Part shown: positions 13,733 through 25,539 of the stretch, piece after piece
How the letters are laid out: each line of letters starts with the position of its first letter
Position numbering within the stretch: the stretch's first letter is position 1
Source: Malacoraja senta
Lineage: Eukaryota
DNA: 60,000 bases
Reading direction: 5' to 3'
Assembly (NCBI GenBank): GCA_038087875.1
Contig: CM075996.1
Location: 808,001-868,000 of the forward strand
Position numbers and translations under genes: made by a program
The notes under the pieces: generated by a model
What the model was told of the DNA's origin: nothing
What the model saw: only the letters and a program-made list of their open reading frames with translations
The model's database searches: none

Positions 13733-14338
13733 GCATTTATTTAAAGAGGGCTAGAATACAAAAACAGGGATGTAATGCTGAGGCTCTATAAGGCACTGGT
13801 CAGGCCTCATTTGGAGTATTGCGGGCAATTTTGGGCACCATATCTGATGTGCTGGTGCTGGAGAGGCTCCAGAGGAGGTTTACAAGAATGATCCCAGGAA
13901 TGAGTGGGTTAACTTATGATGTGCGTTTGATGGCACTGGGCCTGTACTTGCTGAAGTTTAGAAGAATGGGGGGGGGGGGGGACCTCATTGAAAGATGCTG
14001 AATAGTGAAAGGCTTGGATAGAGTGGATGTGGAGAGGATGTTTCCACCAGTGGGAGAGTCTAGGACTAGAGGTCATAGCCTCAGAATTAAGATAAGGAAT
14101 TTATTTAGTCGGAGGGTGGTGAATCTGTGGAATTATTTGCCACAGAAAGCTGTGGAGGCCGTCAATTGATATTTTTAAAGCAGAGGTAGATAGATTCTTG
14201 ATTAGTACGGGTGTCGGGGGTTATGGGGAGAAGGCAGGAGAATGGGGTTAGGAGGAACAGATAGATCAGCCATGATTGAATGGTGTAATCGACTGGATGG
14301 TCCGAATGGCCTAATTCTGCTCCTCTTACTTATGACCT
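13733..14338 (+). mobile_element. CR1-clade LINE 3' fragment
   Basis: [20 protein letters not shown]...; 3' UTR and cttatgac tail; same subfamily as 802-1267 and 5073-5478. Confidence 0.9.
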
Positions 14339-14764
14339 TCCCATAGCTGGACAACCAGATCACGGTGTTCCAAATGTGCCCTTGCCAATGCCTTGTAACC
14401 TGATGTTTCAACTCGATATACTGACTAATGAAGGCAAGTGTGCCAAATGCCTCCTTTACCCCCCTGTCTACTTGTGTTGCCACTTCCTTGGAACCATGCA
14501 ACTGCAGGCATTTCTGTTCTGCCACGTTCCCTAAAGCCCTACACTTTAATATGCAGGTCCATCCTAGTTTGCCTTACAAAAATGCAACACTTTCCATTAA
14601 TTTGAATGAAACTCCATCTGCCATTCCTTGCCCCTTGACAAAGTTGATCAAGATCCTGTTTTCATCTGATCGGGTGTACTAGTGAACATTATTTCTGAGG
14701 TCATGTTAACAATTTTATTGAAGTAGTAGTTTGTTTTTGCTCTCGGGAATCATTTTAAACTATG

Positions 14765-15445
14765 TTTCAAGGTTTCAAGGTTCAAGGTCAGTTTATTGTC
14801 ACATGTACCAATTAAGGTACAGTGAAATTCAGATTGCCATACAGTCATACCAATAAAGAGCAACAAGACACCAAAATAAATTTTTAACATGAACATCCAC
14901 CACAGCGATTCCCCCACATTCATCACTGGGATGGAAGGCAAAAAAAGTTCAATTTTCTTCCCTTTTTTGTTCTCCCACGGTCGGGGCACTCGAACCTTCC
15001 GTTGTCAGGGCGATCTTGGCTCCCGCAACTGGCGGTCGAGCCCTCTGCATCAGGGCGATCAAGCTCCCGCATCGGGGGGATCTCAGCTCCCCGCGCCGGG
15101 CAAGCTCCTCGATGTTGAAATCCACAGGCATCGATCCCAGGGAAGGGATCGCAGGCTCCGATAGTAAGTCCACGGGCCAGTGGTGGGGCTCAGAGTCAGT
15201 CTCGAGCAAGGCCGCCAGCTCCATGATGTTTGACTGCAGAGTGACCGGAGATACGATCCAGAAAAAAATTACATTTCCAACAAGGTAAGAGATTGAAAAA
15301 AAAATTCTCCCGACTCCCCACATAAAACAAACCAGAGAACATTAACATTAACACATACTTTTAAAAACACACTAAAAATAACAAAAAAGATGAAAAGACA
15401 GACAGCTCGATTGTAGGCGAGGTTGCCATCGCTGACGGCACCACC
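14765..15445 (-). mobile_element. Non-autonomous SINE-like element with Rex/Babar-type 3' tail and GC-rich body
   Basis: (ttcaagg)n gtcagtttattgtcacatgtaccaattaaggtacagtgaaa start; first ~240 bp shared with 45487-45710. Confidence 0.6.
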
Positions 15446-15550
15446 GTATGTCTAGCTTAAACAATACATTAAGCTCAATAATATTGCACTATAGTAAAGC
15501 ATTATTTTTTATCTGAGTCAGTCTTCAGTGCTCTTATCTCATCATGTATT

Positions 15551-15647
15551 GAAGGTAGACAAAAATTCTGGAAAAAATCAGCGGGTGAGGCAGCATCTAT
15601 GGAGCGAAGAAATAGGCAACGTTTCGGGTCGAGAACCTTCTTCAGAC
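15551..15647 (-). repeat. PLE terminal repeat with hammerhead-like core
   Basis: Minus strand reads gtCTGAAGAaggttctcgacccGAAAcgttgcc. Confidence 0.85.
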
Positions 15648-15714
15648 CTTTTTCATTTAATTTATTTTCTTGCTATAGTTTTGTTTTCCCAACTCAACTC
15701 CTCTCACAATGAAA

Positions 15715-17440
15715 GCCAACATGCCATTAGCTTTCTTCACTGCCTGCTGTACCTGCATGCTTACTTTCAGTGACTGATGTACAAGGACACCTGGTCTCGT
15801 TGCACCTCCCTTTTTTCTCATCTGACACCATTCAGATAATAATCTGACTTCCTGTTCTTGCCACCAAAGTGGATAACCTCACATTTATCCACATTGTACT
15901 GCATCTGCCATGCATCTGCCCACTCACCCAACCAATCCAAGTCACCCTGCAGCCTCATAGCATCCTCATCGCATCTCACACTGCTACCCAGCTTTGTCAT
16001 CTGCCAACTTGGAAATGTCACATTTAATTCCCTCGTCTACATCGTTAATATATATTGTAAATAACTGGGGTCCCAGCACCAAGCCTTGTGGCACCCCACT
16101 AGTCACTGCCATTCTGAAAAGGACCCAGAAGATTAGTCAAATGATTTGCCCTTCATAAATCCATGCTTTCCAAATGCGCTGCTATAACATCTGTAACAAT
16201 CGACTCAAGCATCTTCCCCACTACCGATGCAAGGCTAACTGGTCTATAAGTCCCTGTTTTCTCCCTCCCATCAGGCCCTGGGGATGTATCTGCCTTCAGA
16301 CCCAACAGTTTACCTAGTACCATTTCCTGACTAATTGTCCCTCCCACTAGATCCTCAGTCCCCCAGTATTTCTGGGAGATTGTGTCTTCCTTAGTGAAGA
16401 CAGAACCGAAGTACTTGTTTAACTGTTCTGCCATTTCCTTGTTTCCCATTATAATTTCATCTGTCTCTGACTGTAAGGGACCTACATTTGTCTTCACTAA
16501 TCTTTTCCTTTTTACACATCTAAAGAAGCTTTTAGAGTCAGTTTTAATATTCCCCTCAAGCTTTCTTTCATGCTCCTTCCCCCCCCCCTCTTGATTAACC
16601 CCTTTGTCCTCCTCTGTTGTGTTCTAAATTTCACCCAGTGCCCCGGTTTGCTGCTTCCTCTGTCTAATTTATATGCCTTTTCCTTGGATTTAACGCTATC
16701 CTTGATTTCCCTCGTTAGTCCCTGTTTTATTATTTCGCCAGACAGGGATGAACAATTTTTGGAGTTCATCCTTTAAATCTTTGCCATTGCATCTCCACTG
16801 TCAATCCATTAAATATAATTTGACAGTCTATCCTAGCCAATTCCCCTCTCATACCTTCAAAGTCCCCTTTCTTTAAGTTCGGGACCCTAGTTTCTGAATT
16901 AACCATGTCACCCTCCATCCTAATGCAGAATTCTACCATATTATGGTCACTATTGCCCAAGGGGCTTTGCAAAAACAAGATCACTAACTAATCCTTCCTC
17001 ATTACACAATACCCAGTCTAGGATGGCCTGTCCTCTAGTCAGTTCTTCTACATATTGGTTTAAAAAACCATCCCGTATACATTTCAGGAAATCCTCCTCC
17101 TCAGCGCTGCTACCAATTTGGTTTGCCCAATCTATATGTAGATTAAAGTCACCCATGATAACTGCTGTACCTTTGCTACACGCATTCCTAATTTCCTGCT
17201 TGATGCTATCCCCAACCTCACTACTGCTGCTTGGTGGTCTGTATACAACTCCAACAAGTGTTTTCTGCCCTTGGCTATTTCGCAGTTCGACCCATACCGA
17301 TTCTACAGCATCCAAGCTAATGTCTCTCCTTGCTATTGCATTAATCTCCTCTTTTTAATCAGCAGTGCCACCCCACCTCCTCTTCCTATTCAGTATATCC
17401 TTCCTGAATATCGAATACCCCTGCATGTTTAGCTCCAGCC
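15715..17440 (-). mobile_element. CR1-clade LINE ORF2 remnant (APE endonuclease and RT pieces, internal deletions)
   Basis: ESVWVELRN...GVVYRPP...IMGDFN...AILDWVLCN...LGNSDHN (APE); YRPVSLASVVGKMLESI; LQGDLDWLGEWADAWQMQYNVDKC. Confidence 0.92.
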
Positions 17441-17745
17441 TATAAAAGAATTCTATGTGCCATGCTTTAAATATTTAGTGGAAATCTGAGCTATTTGCAG
17501 AATTTCCCTCAAGATCCGTTTCTGCAGAACAAAATTTTCTCCCATGGAACCATTAGGTTTTTTTTAAGCTTTGTTGGATGGCATAAACTTGATGGGCTGA
17601 TGGGCCTGATTCTGTGCTCTATGACTGTGACTTAGCACCAATATTATCAGATGCCTGCTAATTATTTTATGTGAGGCACATAGGGCTCACCAGCCTATAT
17701 TTTAATGTCTCTGTCTACCCATTTCTAACGTTGGTGTTGTTGAAA

Positions 17746-17840
17746 ATAGACACAAAGAGCTGGAGTAACTCAGCAGGTCAGACAGCATCTCTGTGGAGAA
17801 AAGGAATAGGTGATGTTTCGGGTCGAGACCCTTCTTCAGC
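17746..17840 (-). repeat. PLE terminal repeat with hammerhead-like core
   Basis: Minus strand reads CTGAAGAagggtctcgacccGAAAcatcacc. Confidence 0.85.
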
Positions 17841-18291
17841 TTATAACATGAGGTCCATCATTTGCTTATGTCTTTGCTGTGAATTTACAATAGAAATGGT
17901 TGAAATGGTAATTCAAGTTCCACTGTACCTTATTTGGTACACGTGACAATAAACAGACCTTTGAACCTTTGAAATTACCTTTAATTTGCTGCCATACAAA
18001 TCACATTTTCTACTTTTGGTTGTATAATGATGGTCTTACCACCCCAACCCTTTTCTGAAATTTGTTTTGATTTATTTACAGTGTTGGTAGTGTTAAGTTT
18101 TTATTTGTTCCATGTTGATCTTTCCCCTTATATTCATCACACAGTGGTGTGTATCTATTCTACTGGCATTTCTAGTTATCATAAAAGTATATTTTTCTTA
18201 TGTTCTTTTCCCCTGCAACAGTGCTGTTGTCCAGTTTCTTGAGTTCACTCCTTGCACCATCAAATCAGCAATCCAAAAGCTGAATGTTCTT

Positions 18292-20280
18292 TGGCGCGTC
18301 GATCTCTACAAAGCCGAGGTCACGCGCCAACTCTCGGACACCTCCTCCTACTTACCCCTGGACCATGACCCCACTGACGAGCACCAGGCCACCATCTCCA
18401 GCACCATCACCGACTTCATCCACTCCCACGCCCTGCCCGACCGAGCCTTCAACCTCATCGTTCCCCAGCCCCGCACAGCCCGCTTTTACCTTCTCCCCAA
18501 AATCCACAAACCTGACTGTCCCGGTAGACCCATTGTCTCTGCCTGTTCGTGCCCCACCAAACTCATCTCCACCTACCTCGACTCCATCCTATCCCCCTTG
18601 GTTAAATCCCTCCCTACCTATGTTCAAGACACCTCAGACACTCTCCGTCATCTCCGCGCATTCCACTCTCTAGGCCCTCACCCCCTCATCTTCACCATTG
18701 TACACCTCCATCCCACACCAGGATGGTCTCGAAGCCCTCCGTTTTTTCCTCGACCGTAGAAGCAATCTATACCCTGCCACTGACACCCTCCTCCGCCTAG
18801 CGGAGCTGGTCCTTACACTTAATAACTTTTCATTTGACTCCTCCCATTTCCTCCAAATACAATATGGGCACACGCATGGGCCCCAGCTATGCCTGCCTCT
18901 TTGTCGGGTACGTAGAACAATCCTTGTTCAATGCGTACCAGGGCCCCATCCCCGACCTCTACCTCCGCTACATCGATGATTGTTTTGGTGCCACATCCTG
19001 CACCCACACACAACTGACTGACTTCATCCGCTTCACCACCAACTTCCATCCGGCACTCAAATACACCTGGACCATTTCCGACACTTCCCTACCATTCCTT
19101 GACCTCACCATCTCCATCGCAGGTGATAGACTCCTTACCGACATCCACTACAAACCTACCGACTCCCATGGCTATCTGGACTACACTTCTTCCCACCCTG
19201 CTTCCTGTAAGGACTCCATCCCCCACTCCCAATTCCTCCGTCTACGCCGCATCTGCTCCCAGGATGAGGCGTTCCACACCAGGGCATCTGAAATGTCCTC
19301 ATTCTTCAGCGAACGGGGGTTCCCCTCCTCCACCATAGATGAGGCTCGCACCAGGGTCTCTGCCATACCCCGCAACACTGCTCTCTCTCCCCATCCCCCC
19401 ACTCACAACAAGGGCAGAGTCCCCCTAGTCCTCACCTTTCACCCCACCAGCCGTCACATACAACAAGTGATCCTCCGTCAGTTTCGCCACCTCCAACGTG
19501 ACCCCACCACTCGCCACATCTTCCCATCTCCCCCCATGTCTGCCTTCCGCAAAGACCGCTCCCTCCGTAACTCCCTTGTCAATTCTTCCCTTCCCTCCCA
19601 TACCACCCCCTCCCCTGGTACTTTCCCTTGCAACCGCAAGAGATGCAACACTTGTCCCTTCACCTCCCCCCTCCACTCCATTCAAGGACCCAAGCAGTCG
19701 TTCCAGGTGCGACAGAGGTTCACCTGCATCTCCTCCAACCTCATCTATTGCATTCGCTGCTCTAGATGCCAGCTGATCTACATCGGTGAGACCAAGCGGA
19801 GGCTTGGCGATCGTTTCGCCGAACACCTTCGGTCGGTCCGCAATAACCAACCTGAACTCCCGGTGGCTCAGCACTTCAACTCCCCCTCCCATTCCGTATC
19901 TGACCTCTCTGTCCTGGGTCTCCTCCATGGCCACAGCGAGCAACACCGTAAATTGGAGGAAATGCACCTCATATTCCGCTTGGGCAGTCTACATCCTGGG
20001 GGTTTGAACATTGAATTCTCCCAATTCTGCTAGCCCTTGCTGTCCCCTCCCCATCATCAGCCATCTGGTTGTCTCCTCCCCTCCCCCAGCCCTCGGGCTC
20101 CTCCTCCGCCTTTTTCCTTTTTTCCTTTCTTCTCCCCACCCCCTATCAGTCTGAAGAAGGGTTTCGGCCCGAAACGTTACCCATTTCCTTCGCTCCATAG
20201 ATGCTGCTGCACCCGCTGAGTTTCTCCAGCATTTTTGTGTACCTTTGATTTTCCAGCATCTGCAGTTCCTTCTTTAACAC
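18292..20280 (+). mobile_element. Penelope-like retroelement, 5'-truncated; RT plus GIY-YIG endonuclease; two frameshifts
   Basis: FYLLPKIHK..GRPIVS, MGTRMGPSYA, YLRYIDDCF (RT); LIYCIRC..IYIGETKRRLGDRFAEH, GLNIEF (GIY-YIG); 14-bp TSD agctgaatgttctt at 18278-18291 and 20281-20294. Confidence 0.95.
20149..20180 (+). ncRNA. Minimal type I hammerhead ribozyme motif in PLE terminal repeat
   Basis: gt-CTGAAGA-a-gggt(ttcg)gccc-GAAA-c-gtt-ac: both core boxes, 4-bp stem II with UUCG loop, palindromic ACGT in place of stem III. Confidence 0.78.
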
Positions 20281-22181
20281 AGCTGAATGTTCTTATTGTG
20301 CTCGATTGCATTCATGTTACAAGGCTGCCCTTTCATGCAATGCTATTTGAGCAAGATCTTTGCTTGTGACTCCTGTTTTTGTGTACTAACGTCTTCTATT
20401 AGCTGAGTAGCGTCCCTGTACATATGGGCCCTCAACAAATTGTTTCTAATTTAATATTATAACTCGCATCGTATTTTTACTGTTCGTATCCTCCTCATGG
20501 ATACGCAATAAACTGAAGTTGCACATAAGGATTGAGTCTGTTCCTCTACATGACCACATCCGTTGCCCTATCCTTCCAGGTGATCTGGTCCTTCATAAAA
20601 TACATTTTGTGAGTTTCCTTCCCCACCCCACCATACCTCACCATCCCAATCCACAGATGGCTGCCTTAACCACATCCAAAACGTAAGGTAATGGAAATTT
20701 GCCTTTATAGAAATCATAAATCACTACCCAAATATTTTAGAAATGGAATAGATTTCACTTGCAGAATTTATGTGGAAAGATAAGTAAGTAAATTAACATT
20801 TGTTGATGCTTTGTTACGGAAAATTGCAATGTGGATCCCTCCAGGAACATCCCATCCCTCCTCCTCCCCCATAATGCAGAATTGCCTGCAGTCCATTTTT
20901 TAAATACCAGTCCATTACCTGTACATTTCCCTAGAAAATGGAATATATCAGTGCTTTGCTCGTATCAAATGTAACACTCCTTCAGCAGGGTAAAGCAGCT
21001 GGTTAAGCATTATATCATTATTAACGTGTATCAGATCAGTGCATGTGGCCAACACTTGATGTTCTGGCGGTGGCAATGATTCTGTTGTGGAATTGTCCAG
21101 GAGGGGATATGCGATTATTGCAGCTTCTGTAATATGGTTCGGTTTGGTCATAATTTTGCATTCCTTTGTCCCTGATTTACATCCAGTAAAATCCTAGATT
21201 AAATCATGGTCGGTGCTGAGTTTGGCTGACAAGGGCAGTTTTTTCATTAGCTGTTTATTGATCCATGCTGGAAAGCATGGGCAAATCTTAAGTGGAGTTG
21301 GGATCAGCTCTTTGCTGTGTCCTGCAAAGGTTGAAAGTTGCCAGTGCTCACTGCTGTAGCTTCAATGTAAGATTTGGCCTTTAAGGTAGTATGTGCCACA
21401 GTGGAGTGATTATAATTCCACAAGCAACAAGGCAGAGAATTAGCAAAAGAAAATCCTTCATGTTACAATAGGAATTGTACACATCAACAAAAGTGTATGA
21501 TTCAGACTACAAACTCGCTTGAGTAATGTTTATGCAGTTAAATAAACTATGTTTGATGTTAGGTCATGACCAGCAGTATGAAGAAAAACAAGATTGGTAG
21601 CTCTTTAAATCTCACTTTCCAAACAATACAGTTCTTGTATTTACTCTTTTGACACATTGGCAAGGCTGGGCTGAGCAGTATTGATTGTGCAGGACATCCT
21701 GTATCTGACGCAAATGTTATCTGTACCATGGACTCTTTATATGGGACACCAAGTCTATATATAGGACACCCTCATATATGGGACACCAGTTTCCCCTGTT
21801 TTTCTAAAAGAAACAATTGATGTCATGGAGGCCGATCTGGGAATTCCTAGATCAGTCACAACATCTTGAAAAAGGAACAGGTGTTATAACATCAGCACCC
21901 AATACTATGACACCTTGTTGTGACTGTAAGAAATGCCAGGGAGCTGTGGTGATGATCTGAGGTAAGAATTGAATATTTAGCTGCAGAGGGCATATCCAAT
22001 GCCAAGCCCAGGAAACTTGACCAATAAAAGAAAGCAGGGAAAACAGAGCCCTTATTTGCTCTTTGGTATTAATTTCAAATTCAGAGCACTTTCTGAAAGA
22101 ACTATTGTAGGCATGATGGGCTGTACGATTCTATGAATTACCATACCAGTCCCAGCCTCAACCACCCCCTCAGATTTTGCT

Positions 22182-22266
22182 CTTGAAGAAGGGTCCTGAC
22201 CCAAAACGTCACCTCTCCACATTCTTCAGCTGTCTGACCTGCTGAGTTACTCCAGCACTTTTGTCT
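22182..22266 (+). repeat. Degenerate PLE terminal repeat
   Basis: ttgaagaagggtcctgacccaaaacgtcacc...gctgagttactccagcacttttgtc. Confidence 0.8.
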
Positions 22267-23786
22267 TTTTTTTGTTGCACTTGTTGTGGTTGCAAACATA
22301 AGGAATATAGAGCTAAAAGTTGAAAGGAAGGATATATGCAATTTCATGACAAGAATAATCTTTACTGTCTGAGATTAAAGTGTGACAGCTCACCTTTTGA
22401 AAAACATTTGGTATTGGATTCTGTTTTTTTCTGAATGGTCTTTAGACTTTGGTTAGAATTAAGAAATGTATAACTGACTGATTCTTTATCAGATTTTTTT
22501 CCTTTACCACTTATTTCATTCCATTAAAATGTGCACTGTTACAGAAGGAAATTTGACACATTAAGATTTTCAATCATCCAGTGCAGTTTCTTGTGGCCCT
22601 GCCCATAACCTGCCCCATATAGTTGGAATAAACTGTTGATAACACAAACTGGTAGCATCATCTAATTGGTCTTTCACCTTTTATTGTGAGGCTCTAATCC
22701 TGACTTTGTTGGTTGATTGTGTCTCATTTGATTGTTGGTTATAAAATTGGTTTGTGAGAACAGATTTGGGAGTATTATTTGTTACTTGTGGACATGAACG
22801 AGGTGATAAACTAGTAGCATAGTAATAGAGTAGAGAATGATTGTTAGGAATTCATATATCAGAAGGAGAATATTATAGTGTAAATAAGGTTTTTGACAAG
22901 TTGATAACTGTCTTGACCTCTTCCTTGTTAATTGAGGACATTTTATCCAGAAGGCTTAAGAGCCTCTTGGATATTAATTTCAGATCTTCTCAGAAAGCTT
23001 GATGAGGCATGGTGGGGTGAGAGACAAAGTGTGGAGTATGATTAATTAATTCAGCAGAGTAACTCCAATTGTGAATTAAAATCAAAATACATGTTTTAGA
23101 AATAAAAACAAGCTGCAGAAAGAAAATTGTAATATTTTGGGCTGGAGGCCTGTTGTTATAATTGGACAAGAAAGAAAAAAAAAGTTTTAAGTTAAAGATG
23201 GGAAAGGGGTGGATAGAACAAAAGCGAATATCTGTAACAGGGTGAGGCCAGGGTTGCCATTGGGATAGGTTGTAGAGATAATAGGGTTAATAGGGACTGT
23301 GAGACAGTGGGAATGCAAAGTGAAAAATGCAAGGCAGGATGCTGTGTGCAGGAGATCAGGATGCTAAAGGAGCAGAATGGAAGGGAAAAAAGTGAGCCCA
23401 TATCACATGGACTGCAGTAGATATGGCCAGTTCAGGTTTGCAGAACTCATTTTCTCTTTCTTCATTAGAGCTGGCTATTTCTGCTGCTTTACGGTGATGA
23501 AGGCGTACTTCATTATACAAATCTATTTACATTGTTGCATACTAGAATACTTTTTAAATTAGTGGCCTATTGTTTAATTTCACTTGATTGTACATTTTGG
23601 AAACAAAAAGCTTGTAATATGAAGATAGTTGCAGGTAGATGGACGAGATGATCAAAACACAAAGCAATTAGAAACTGCCAATTTGGCCAGTTATAATGAC
23701 TTCAAACTCGATGTTTAATTTTTTTAGTTTTTTTGCATCATTGGTTATGTGAATGCAGTTTTGCAATTCACGTTGTAGCTCTAGCC

Positions 23787-24056
23787 CAGGGGTGGGGAAC
23801 CTGCGGCCTTAAGGCCATTAAGTGCGGCCTTTTGAATGAATCCAAATTTTGTAGAACAAATGCTTTTATTTTTATTAATATTTTTGTTTGTCTTTTATTT
23901 TATTTTAATCTTAAAATGAACGTATTTAAAATACCAAAGAGTAAAAGAAGATTCAACAAAATAATCTTATATCTAATTGAAGTTTCTTGGATGCGACCTT
24001 ATTAGATTACAGCTAACTTAATGCGGCCTTCCAACATGAAAAGTTCCCCACCCCTG
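23787..24056. mobile_element. hAT (Charlie-like) MITE, 270 bp
   Basis: TIRs caggggtggggaacct / aagttccccacccctg; perfect 8-bp TSD ctctagcc at 23779-23786 and 24057-24064. Confidence 0.92.
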
Positions 24057-24315
24057 CTCTAGCCCCTAAACTTGTAGTCACTTACCGTGCATCATCAGCA
24101 AGCTTCTCCTGCAAAAAGCTGTCTATGAAGTAAGCAGGAAAAAGCTGAAGAATGGGGTTGAGAGGGAAAGGTAGATCACCCGTGGTTGAATGGCAGAGTA
24201 GACTTGTGGACCGAATGGCCTAATTCTGCTCCTTTGTCTTATGAACTTGTGAGTAGGGGGATTCGAAGACCAGAGAATATAGGTTTAAGGTGAACGGGGA
24301 AAGATTTAATAGGAA

Positions 24316-24924
24316 CTAGACCAAGAGCAGACCCGTTGGGTCTGGACCCCGAACGTGCTTCAGACCCCAGGGTCTGGTTCCCGAACGTGCTTCAGCGCCT
24401 TGACGGCGTAGACAGCGTCTTGAGCCAGCGTGAGAGAGCCGGCCCGGGGGGTAGTTGAGGAGAGCCGGGCGACAGCAGCAGCAGCGGAAAAAAAATGTCT
24501 GCGTTTTTGGAAGAGAGCCGGGCGCTTGAGCCAGCGTGAGAGAGCCGGCCCGTGGGGGGGGGGGGGGTAGTGGAGGAGAGCTGGGCGGCAGCTGCGAAAA
24601 TCGCTAGCGACAAGAAGAAACATTTCTGCGTTTTTGGAGCAGAGCCGGGCGGCAGCAGCCGTTATGGTGGCTGGCCAGCAGGAGGCGACAAAATGAGAGT
24701 TGGGGGGGGGGAGGATGGATTTTATTTAAAAATGTGTACATAATAATGTCTAAATCTAATAAGGAGTGTGTTAGGGTATGTAAAAGTGTAATGTCTAGCG
24801 AAATTGAAAAAATCGTGGAGTTTTCCAGTGTGGTTTTGGCGGAGCAAGGAATCAAAGGCCAAATGTGACACCCACAAATAAATAAACACATCCACACACA
24901 CACAGAGTTTTAATAGTATATAAA
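24316..24924 (-). mobile_element. Non-autonomous Helitron inserted in a CR1 fragment (host about 24260-25116)
   Basis: Minus-strand 3' end gaccc-aac-gggtc hairpin then ...ggtCTAG followed by T; TA-rich 5' end with ctattaaaactct; CR1 sequence on both sides. Confidence 0.75.
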
Positions 24925-25539
24925 TAAGAGCTGCCAGAGGAGGTAGTTGAGGCACGGACTATCCCAATGTTTAAGAAAAAGTTAGACAGGTTCATGGATA
25001 GGACAGGTTTGGAGGGATATGGGCCAAATGCAGGCAGGTGGGACTAGTGTAGCTGGGACATGTTGGCCGGTGTGGGCAAGTTGGGCCGAAGAACCTGTTT
25101 CCACACAGTATGACTCTAATAAATGCAGACAGTCCTATAACACTGATGATGGCTAAACAAGAACATATTATTCTTAATACATTGAACTTCAGGTATTTTT
25201 AAACTTCTACCTGGAATTTCATTATTATGCTGAGTTGACCTTGATCTTAATGTCACAATGTTCCTGTTCCAGAACAGTATAAGGGCATATGTTCTGGCTT
25301 CCACTTCATTCCCAAACAAATGAACATACAGCATATTATTTTGCTTTGAGGAGTTGTTGATGCATACCATTCTTGTCCACGTGTAGCCTGAAGGTACTTC
25401 AGTGTATTACCTCCTCTCCCCCCATTCTCACTCTGATATATAAACAAACTCTTTCGTTTTTAATGCTGAATTGAGCACACGCTGCCTGTTTGCTCAAGTA
25501 GTGTTCTGATGCCGAGGTAGGATTAGTGTTGTGGAAATT

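Noticed and set aside
19425..19967. 180-aa antisense ORF and similar antisense ORFs over the exons (e.g. 33598..34065, 38165..38626)
   Set aside because: Shadow frames of GC-rich coding sequence on the opposite strand.
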